NCBI GenBank assembly: GCA_943328505.2
Contig: CALQAH020000006.1
Span: 255-64,254 of the forward strand
Length of the DNA: 64,000 nucleotides
Reading direction: 5' to 3'
DNA from: Rhizobium sp. Q54
GTDB taxonomy: Bacteria; Bacteroidota; Bacteroidia; Flavobacteriales; Flavobacteriaceae
Positions within the stretch are counted from its first letter, which is position 1. Each line of letters begins with the position of its first letter. Shown here one piece after another: positions 58,327-64,000 of the stretch. The notes beneath the pieces are model-generated. The model searched no databases. It saw only the letters and a list, made by a program, of their open reading frames with translations, and was not told the origin of the DNA. Both the position numbers and the translations under genes were made by a program.

Positions 58327-61300
58327 ATGACAATAATAAAATCTAAAAAAAAATATTTTCTATTCCTTTTTTTTTCATTGTTATTATCGTGTTGCTTTTG
58401 CACTGCTCAGGTAACAACTTTACTAAGTTCTAGCCTCAATAATGGCGGATTTGAACAAGGCAGTTCAGGTTGGAATTTTCAAAACTATGCTAGTGGTGTC
58501 AATAATTGGGCTTTGGGCAGTGTTCCAACCACAGGATATAATGGTGCTAATTGTGCTTTTATATCCAATTCTACTTCTTTTCCTTATTCTCATCAATATA
58601 CTACAACTAGTAATAGTTATTCGAAATTGTACCGTGATGTAATTTTTCCAGAAGGTACTTTAAACTATTCTTTACACTTCAAAACCTTGTTGCAAGGTAA
58701 ACAATCTGCGGCTCAATTGTATGTGTATTTAGCTCCAACTACTGAAGTTCTTTTCGCTGGTAGTTTACCCAATGGTAACCCAATTGCGACTTATTATTTA
58801 CAAGGTACAGCATGGATTGACAAAACTATTTCTATTGACAATGCCACATTAGGAAATACTAGTAGTGCAATAACCAAAAAACTCATTTTTGTTTGGTATA
58901 ATTATTCCAATTCAACAGGAACACAACCTCCAGCAGCAATAGACGACATAACTTTGGACAATTGTTCAGCTCCGAGCAACCTGACTGCTGTTAGCAGTTA
59001 CAATCAATCAAGTTTGAATTGGAGTTCACCAGATACAAATTGGAATGTTCGTTACAAAATTCCTTCTGCCACAACATGGTCGACATTGAATGCAACTGTT
59101 AGACCTTTTGTAATTACTAACCTTTTAGCATCAACGGTATATACTGTACAGATACAGAATGCCTTGTTGCCATGTTCCGATTGGAGTACTGCCTACACTA
59201 TAACAACAACTCCACAGAGCAACGATTGTGCCAACGCCACCTTAATTGAAGGTCAGGAAGATGTAAATTCTTTAGTAATGGTAGTTGCCAATTATACTGG
59301 GGCTACCATCACAGGTCCGACACCAGTCTGTAACTATACTTTCCAGTCTAACGCGGGCAACCTTTGGTTTCGATTTACGGCCAACGGCACTAGATACTTG
59401 TTAGATTCCAATGCCGACTTTATAAAAGCCGAATTATTTCAGGGTGATTGCAACAACCTGGTTTACCAATACTGTAAAAGTGGGTTAAGCTATCTTGATA
59501 ATTTGGTTCCAGGTACACAGTATTATCTTAGAATGATTAATACCAACATTCAAGACCCACAGTTTTCTAGCAACCAAATGAATTTTCGACTGGTTAAATG
59601 TCCAGATGCACCTGTGAATGATTTGTGTGAAAATGCCATTCCTTGGACAGGAACTTCCATTTCTGCACAATTGGTGGGTGCCAATAACGAACATCCTGAA
59701 CTACCCTATAATTCCTTTTCCTCGCCTACTTCGATTTTAGGTGATGTATGGTTTTCCTTTGTCGCCACCGAAAATTACGCGACTATAATGTCTGGTCCTC
59801 AGTTTGCAAGTTTATATAGTGGTTCCTGTGCTTCACTAGCTTATATAAGTACTTTTAATGGGAGTCCCAAAGAGACCCCTCTTTTGGTGATAGGGCAAAC
59901 CTATTATGTGCGGGTTTACAGTCCTAATATTACCACTAATACTCCTTTTACCTTTAATATCATACCTCGGCCCTCACCAATTAACGACCTGTGCAGTTCT
60001 CCAGTAAATTTGACGTTAGATACTGACGGGGAAACCCAGTTTAATTCTTTTTCTACTAGCTATGCTACACCATCTACTGGGATAACGTCTACCTGTTCCT
60101 CTTCGGGCACAAAAGATATTTGGTATCAATTTACTGCGGGAGCTAGTGCCTATTTGATTTCGACCCCTTATATGACCAATACATATTCTGGAAGTTGCGG
60201 AAGTTTGACCCAGATAGGCTGTGGTACTACTTATATCATTTCAAACTTAACTATTGGCCAGGTTTACCTGATGCGCGTATACTTTAATCAAACCATTACC
60301 ATTAGGGAGTTTGCTGCAACCGACGAGTGTAATGGCAGTACCGTTCTAACTCCAGCAACAAATCCCAACTTTACTTATTCCTCGACAGTTAATGCTACGG
60401 CTGGATCCCAAGCTACTACCTGTATTGCAAACAATAAAGACGTGTGGTTTCAATTTACTGCTACCTCTACCAAGAATAAAATAACCTTAAATAATGGGTA
60501 TGCCACAACTGTAAATGAGGCTTTAGCAATTACAGTATATTCGGGAGATTGCACTAACTTAGTTCAGATGGGGTGTACTTCATTTTTGAACAATAATTTT
60601 TTAGATGTCGTCTTTTCTATCTATGTAGTAGGCCAAACCTATTATATTAAAGCCACTCGGGCTTCAAGTACTTATTTTGGAATTAAGGTAATTCCGATTG
60701 AAACTCAACCCAATGACGAAATCGCTACTGCCATAACCTTTACTCCAGATGAACCTGGGAATTGCTCTATAATTTCTGGTTCTACAGCAGGAGCAAACAC
60801 ATCTGTCTCAATTCCAACTCCTTGTAATGGTAGTTCTTCTTATAAAGATGTATGGTATTCTTTTGTGGCTTTGGTTCCTAGTTACAAAATAACCTACAAC
60901 ACAGTGGGATTCCATTCCTTTTCGATTTATAAAGCAGGAGCCGGAAACACCTTAAACCTGTTTACCTGCCTATCGGAAAATGTTACAGGATTTGAAGTAG
61001 GTATCACCTACTATATACGTGTTGGTTCAGCGTCTGATACTTATAACCAGCCTTTTACCTTCTGTCTTTCCAAAATCATTGATACACCTGCCAATGATGA
61101 ATGCAATAATGGTATTACCATACCAGTGGCTACTACCATAACCTGCAGTGACTCAATTTTAGGTAGTTTATTTCAGGCTACTTACAATGTAATCCAACCT
61201 ATTGCCGCAGCTTGTATTTATGGCAGTTTGGATAAAGATATTTGGTACCAATTTACGGCTACCAATACCAAACTTCTTTTCAATAATACTGGAGATGGCA

Positions 61301-63165
61301 ACAAAAATATTCGGTATGCAATACTTCAGGGCAATTGTAATTCTCTTAGTTGCATTACAGCAAATAGTATTAATGGTATGGACACCGATGTAATAAGCGG
61401 CTTGACTATGGGAACTACTTATTTCTTGAAAATAAGTTACGTCAATGAAAATCAGGTTAGTTTTTGCCTGAGCACTCCTCCTACAATTACAAATGATTTA
61501 TGTCAAAACGCTACAGAACTTATACCTTCGAGTGATTTAACTTGTAATGCGGTTAGGAATTATTCACATTCTGATCCTTCTATTACACTTTCGGTTTCAG
61601 GATGCACGAGTACACCACCTCTTTACTTATACAATTCGTCATCATCTACCAATTATGGGGATGCCTGGTATAAATTTACAGCTACCAATACTGAACATGT
61701 TTTAACGTTTGCTTCCGGAGGGGGAATCGTTCAGCTTTTTGAAGGAAATTGCACTGGCTTTAGTTGCCATAGTTCCTTTAATTATTCAAGTAGTAGTAAT
61801 ACAGATGACTATTTGTTTTCCCAATTAGTCGTAGGTCAGACATACTATATTAGGATATTACACGGTAATTACGGCAATAGTTTTTCCCATTATGATATTT
61901 GTTTGAAAACGCCTACCAGCATACCAGACAATGACGAGTATAGCAATGCAATGACATTAGTACCTTCTGAAGATTTGGACACTTGCAATCCGGTGACTAA
62001 TTCATTCAATAGAGCTACCTATTCAAATAGTATACAGACTCCTTCATGTGTGAATTCAAGTAATCCAAAAGATGTCTGGTTTAAATTTATTGCTACATCT
62101 TCACATCATCAATTGCAAATTCACTTAACCAATCCTCAAGCACTAATATTATCTTTTTTTACTAGTTTATATAGCTCCGTAAATGATGTAATCAATCAGG
62201 AAGTGTCCTGCTTTGATCCTTTTGACAATATTATGCCAAATCTGGATGTTTCACTTGGAGGAACCGATTTTAATTCAAATTCCTATTATACCCTAATGCT
62301 ACAAAATTATTACAATCTAGCGTTAGGAGCTACGTATTATATACGTATGTATCCCTATGTAGATCAACCAAGTTATATTTACAGTATAGAAATGCCTTAT
62401 GAAATCTGTTTAAAAACTCTGCCTGAAATCCCAACAAACAATGATTATACGTCAGCTTCACCTCTAACTGTTTCGCCTTATGATAACATCCAATATGTTA
62501 CTGGTTACACAACAAGAGCTGCCTATCATGTAACAGAACCTTATAATTCGGTAACCAATCCATGTGGTGAATTAGGTGCATTTTCTTATCCTGCCAACCA
62601 AGCGACCAATGTTTGGTATAAATTTACTGCGCAACAGACTACTCAGGCATTACATGTTATTAATGATGCCGACGTATTGTTTCCATTAACTAGTTTTTAC
62701 ACCTTTCAGTACTACCCGATGTATGCCGCTTTATATGAGTATAACAACAATATTATCGAAACTAAGCAATGCTATGCTTTAGCCGACAACCTCCTATTCA
62801 ACAACTTAGAGGTAGGCAAAGAATACTATGTCAAAATGATGTATAGAAATATTCTTTATCAGACCGATTTTGAATTTCAGATAAGTGTTGCCAATACTAC
62901 GGCACTTGGATTAAGTAGTGTTGACCAAAAAGGCATAAAACTGTATCCAAATCCAGTAGAAGATATATTAACACTTGCCAATCCGAATCATTTACAATTT
63001 ACTTCGCTAAAACTTTATACTATTTTGGGTCAGTTGGTACTTGAACAAAAAGTGCAAACCGATTCAGATATACAAATAGACTTGTCGAATATACAAAAAG
63101 GAGCCTATTTACTTAAAGTGAAAAGTAATGATGTTGAGAATTGTTATAGTGTATTAAAAGATTAA
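58327..63165 (+). CDS. 1,612-aa T9SS-secreted multi-repeat protein (CBM-like N-domain, FN3, nine Cys-framed modules, type A CTD)
   Basis: Signal peptide, NGGFEQGSSGW N-domain, an FN3-like segment, nine modules sharing ordered motifs, and a C-terminal KLYPNPVEDILTL...KGAYLLKVKS sorting domain. Confidence 0.85.
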   Translation: MTIIKSKKKYFLFLFFSLLLSCCFCTAQVTTLLSSSLNNGGFEQGSSGWNFQNYASGVNNWALGSVPTTGYNGANCAFISNSTSFPYSHQYTTTSNSYSKLYRDVIFPEGTLNYSLHFKTLLQGKQSAAQLYVYLAPTTEVLFAGSLPNGNPIATYYLQGTAWIDKTISIDNATLGNTSSAITKKLIFVWYNYSNSTGTQPPAAIDDITLDNCSAPSNLTAVSSYNQSSLNWSSPDTNWNVRYKIPSATTWSTLNATVRPFVITNLLASTVYTVQIQNALLPCSDWSTAYTITTTPQSNDCANATLIEGQEDVNSLVMVVANYTGATITGPTPVCNYTFQSNAGNLWFRFTANGTRYLLDSNADFIKAELFQGDCNNLVYQYCKSGLSYLDNLVPGTQYYLRMINTNIQDPQFSSNQMNFRLVKCPDAPVNDLCENAIPWTGTSISAQLVGANNEHPELPYNSFSSPTSILGDVWFSFVATENYATIMSGPQFASLYSGSCASLAYISTFNGSPKETPLLVIGQTYYVRVYSPNITTNTPFTFNIIPRPSPINDLCSSPVNLTLDTDGETQFNSFSTSYATPSTGITSTCSSSGTKDIWYQFTAGASAYLISTPYMTNTYSGSCGSLTQIGCGTTYIISNLTIGQVYLMRVYFNQTITIREFAATDECNGSTVLTPATNPNFTYSSTVNATAGSQATTCIANNKDVWFQFTATSTKNKITLNNGYATTVNEALAITVYSGDCTNLVQMGCTSFLNNNFLDVVFSIYVVGQTYYIKATRASSTYFGIKVIPIETQPNDEIATAITFTPDEPGNCSIISGSTAGANTSVSIPTPCNGSSSYKDVWYSFVALVPSYKITYNTVGFHSFSIYKAGAGNTLNLFTCLSENVTGFEVGITYYIRVGSASDTYNQPFTFCLSKIIDTPANDECNNGITIPVATTITCSDSILGSLFQATYNVIQPIAAACIYGSLDKDIWYQFTATNTKLLFNNTGDGNKNIRYAILQGNCNSLSCITANSINGMDTDVISGLTMGTTYFLKISYVNENQVSFCLSTPPTITNDLCQNATELIPSSDLTCNAVRNYSHSDPSITLSVSGCTSTPPLYLYNSSSSTNYGDAWYKFTATNTEHVLTFASGGGIVQLFEGNCTGFSCHSSFNYSSSSNTDDYLFSQLVVGQTYYIRILHGNYGNSFSHYDICLKTPTSIPDNDEYSNAMTLVPSEDLDTCNPVTNSFNRATYSNSIQTPSCVNSSNPKDVWFKFIATSSHHQLQIHLTNPQALILSFFTSLYSSVNDVINQEVSCFDPFDNIMPNLDVSLGGTDFNSNSYYTLMLQNYYNLALGATYYIRMYPYVDQPSYIYSIEMPYEICLKTLPEIPTNNDYTSASPLTVSPYDNIQYVTGYTTRAAYHVTEPYNSVTNPCGELGAFSYPANQATNVWYKFTAQQTTQALHVINDADVLFPLTSFYTFQYYPMYAALYEYNNNIIETKQCYALADNLLFNNLEVGKEYYVKMMYRNILYQTDFEFQISVANTTALGLSSVDQKGIKLYPNPVEDILTLANPNHLQFTSLKLYTILGQLVLEQKVQTDSDIQIDLSNIQKGAYLLKVKSNDVENCYSVLKD
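58963..59214 (+). other. Fibronectin type III-like domain of the T9SS protein (aa 213-296)
   Basis: SAPSNLTAVSSYNQSSLNWSS...TVYTVQIQNA...TITTT pattern. Confidence 0.6.
59221..62889 (+). repeat. Nine tandem protein-level modules (start aa 299, 431, 553, 665, 796, 923, 1056, 1202, 1372)
   Basis: Each module has the same motif order: [NT]D-x-C-x-N/S-A, (K)D[VI]W[FY]xF[TVI]A, [LIV][YF]xGxCxxL, G[QTIA]xY[YF][ILV][RK], FxF/CL. The nucleotide sequences are divergent. Confidence 0.75.
62932..63162 (+). other. T9SS type A C-terminal sorting domain (aa 1536-1612)
   Basis: GIKLYPNPVEDILTL near the start and GAYLLKVKS near the end are classical Por_Secre_tail features. Confidence 0.8.
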
Positions 63166-63569
63166 AAAAACATTTTTATTTAACTGCTCCTGAAAAACTT
63201 CAAGCAAAAAAACCGCTGAAATCATTTTGGTTGGCAATAGTTCCATAGCTTTCAGAACTCGTTTTATAGAATGTGGGTTAAGCCCCCATATTGATTCCGA
63301 TTTCATGTATTTTAATTTGTTCCCGTTCGTGCAACACAAAATCACAAATCATCAATAAAGCCTGACGGAAGAATTGGTTGAATGCGTTCAAAATCCGATT
63401 TAATAATAACCGGATATTCTTCTTGGTGAAACAGTTTTTTAAAAGTATCCTTATCTATATGAAGCTCTTCGGCAATCATAGACAAGAAAAGACATTATCT
63501 TTCGTGCAATCTTGTATGATTATGGAAAAGTAAAATTAAAGCTGAAATTGAATTGCAAAAGGATAAAAT

Positions 63570-64000
63570 TTAATATTCAAAAACACCAAATTCGGATTGA
63601 ATAGTGAGTTTTTTATTTTCACTGGCTTCCACTCTACCCACAATTTGAGCATCCACACCAAATGATTTTGAGATGGCAATAATATCTTGAGCTAATTCAA
63701 TAGGTAAATATAATTCCATTCTATGTCCGCAATTGAATACTTGGTACATTTCTTTCCAATCTGTTTTGGATTGTTCTTGGATTAATTGAAATAATGGTGG
63801 AATTGGAAATAAATTATCTTTAATGACATGAACATTATCTACAAAATGTAAAACTTTGGTTTGTGCACCACCAGAACAATGTACCATTCCATGAATTTCT
63901 TTGGAGGAATATTTATCTAATATGGTTTTGATAATTGGTGCGTAGGTTCGCGTTGGTGATAGCACTAATTTTCCTGCATCAATTGGTGCATTCTTTACGG
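63570..64000 (-). CDS. purM: Phosphoribosylformylglycinamidine cyclo-ligase (AIR synthase), C-terminal part; 5' end outside window
   Basis: AIRS_C-like region (HCSGGAQTKV, FNCGHRMELY). The frame stays open from the listed GTG at 63965 to nt 64000. Confidence 0.7.
   Translation of the reverse strand, partial: VKNAPIDAGKLVLSPTRTYAPIIKTILDKYSSKEIHGMVHCSGGAQTKVLHFVDNVHVIKDNLFPIPPLFQLIQEQSKTDWKEMYQVFNCGHRMELYLPIELAQDIIAISKSFGVDAQIVGRVEASENKKLTIQSEFGVFEY

Noticed and set aside
63154-63345. 63-aa minus-strand ORF overlapping the end of the T9SS gene
   Set aside because: I do not call it as an intact gene. It is one fragment of the frame-broken remnant described in the findings and starts at a GTG with no promoter context.
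1-64000. Scan for CRISPR arrays, tRNA/rRNA/tmRNA genes, IS elements, integrases, toxin-antitoxin pairs and defence islands
   Set aside because: I found no regularly spaced direct repeats, no tRNA-like T-arm sequences in intergenic DNA, no transposase or recombinase-like ORFs, and no clusters of unknown genes. Apart from two gaps (33181-33437 and 63166-63569), intergenic spaces are under about 210 bp and are accounted for by promoters, terminators and the small repeats listed.

Overview
AT-rich (about one-third G+C by eye), densely coding chromosomal segment. It is most consistent with a Flavobacterium-like member of the Flavobacteriaceae (Bacteroidota). The evidence is a gldI-like lipoprotein PPIase, a type A T9SS C-terminal sorting domain, many TAnnTTTG -7 promoter boxes, A-rich start contexts instead of Shine-Dalgarno sites, a nusB-DUF1573-yajC block and cyclophilin-FKBP fusion proteins. 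I call 58 protein genes plus 1 interrupted gene. Layout: (1) 1-5.3 kb holds guanidino-group enzymes (one CtlX-like) with an inserted four-helix-bundle gene, then marC, a CoA-binding protein, a Na+/solute symporter and recR. (2) 5.4-23.7 kb is a 15-gene, single-strand Wzx/Wzy-type polysaccharide locus: wza, wzc, UDP-sugar epimerase and dehydrogenases, rfbB, flippase, an orphan PP-loop-like protein, pyruvyl transferase, GT32, GT4, MBOAT plus SGNH partner, EpsG-type polymerase and GT2. (3) 23.7-28.2 kb holds crcB, nrnA, gldI and two tandem cyclophilin-FKBP lipoproteins. (4) 28-58 kb is housekeeping: trmH, cobB, purB, guaB, HMG-CoA lyase, pyrD, pepP, pepT, yajC, nusB, ldh, an ABC exporter, trmD, rplS, icd, a TonB-dependent receptor with DUF4249, thiamine diphosphokinase, rlmF and uvrB. 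(5) 58.3-63.2 kb is one 1,612-aa T9SS cargo protein made of nine divergent repeat modules, followed by a decayed 404-bp gap and the 3' part of purM. I saw no rRNA, tRNA, CRISPR array, transposase or integrase, and no multi-gene block of unknown function resembling a defence or other novel system. The most novel-looking items are single genes or small elements: the orphan QueC/PP-loop-like protein in the polysaccharide locus, the nine-module T9SS protein, the inverted-repeat-flanked and amber-interrupted four-helix-bundle cassette, and a structured intergenic repeat family with two copies. All family assignments rest on motif recognition by eye. No database search was run.
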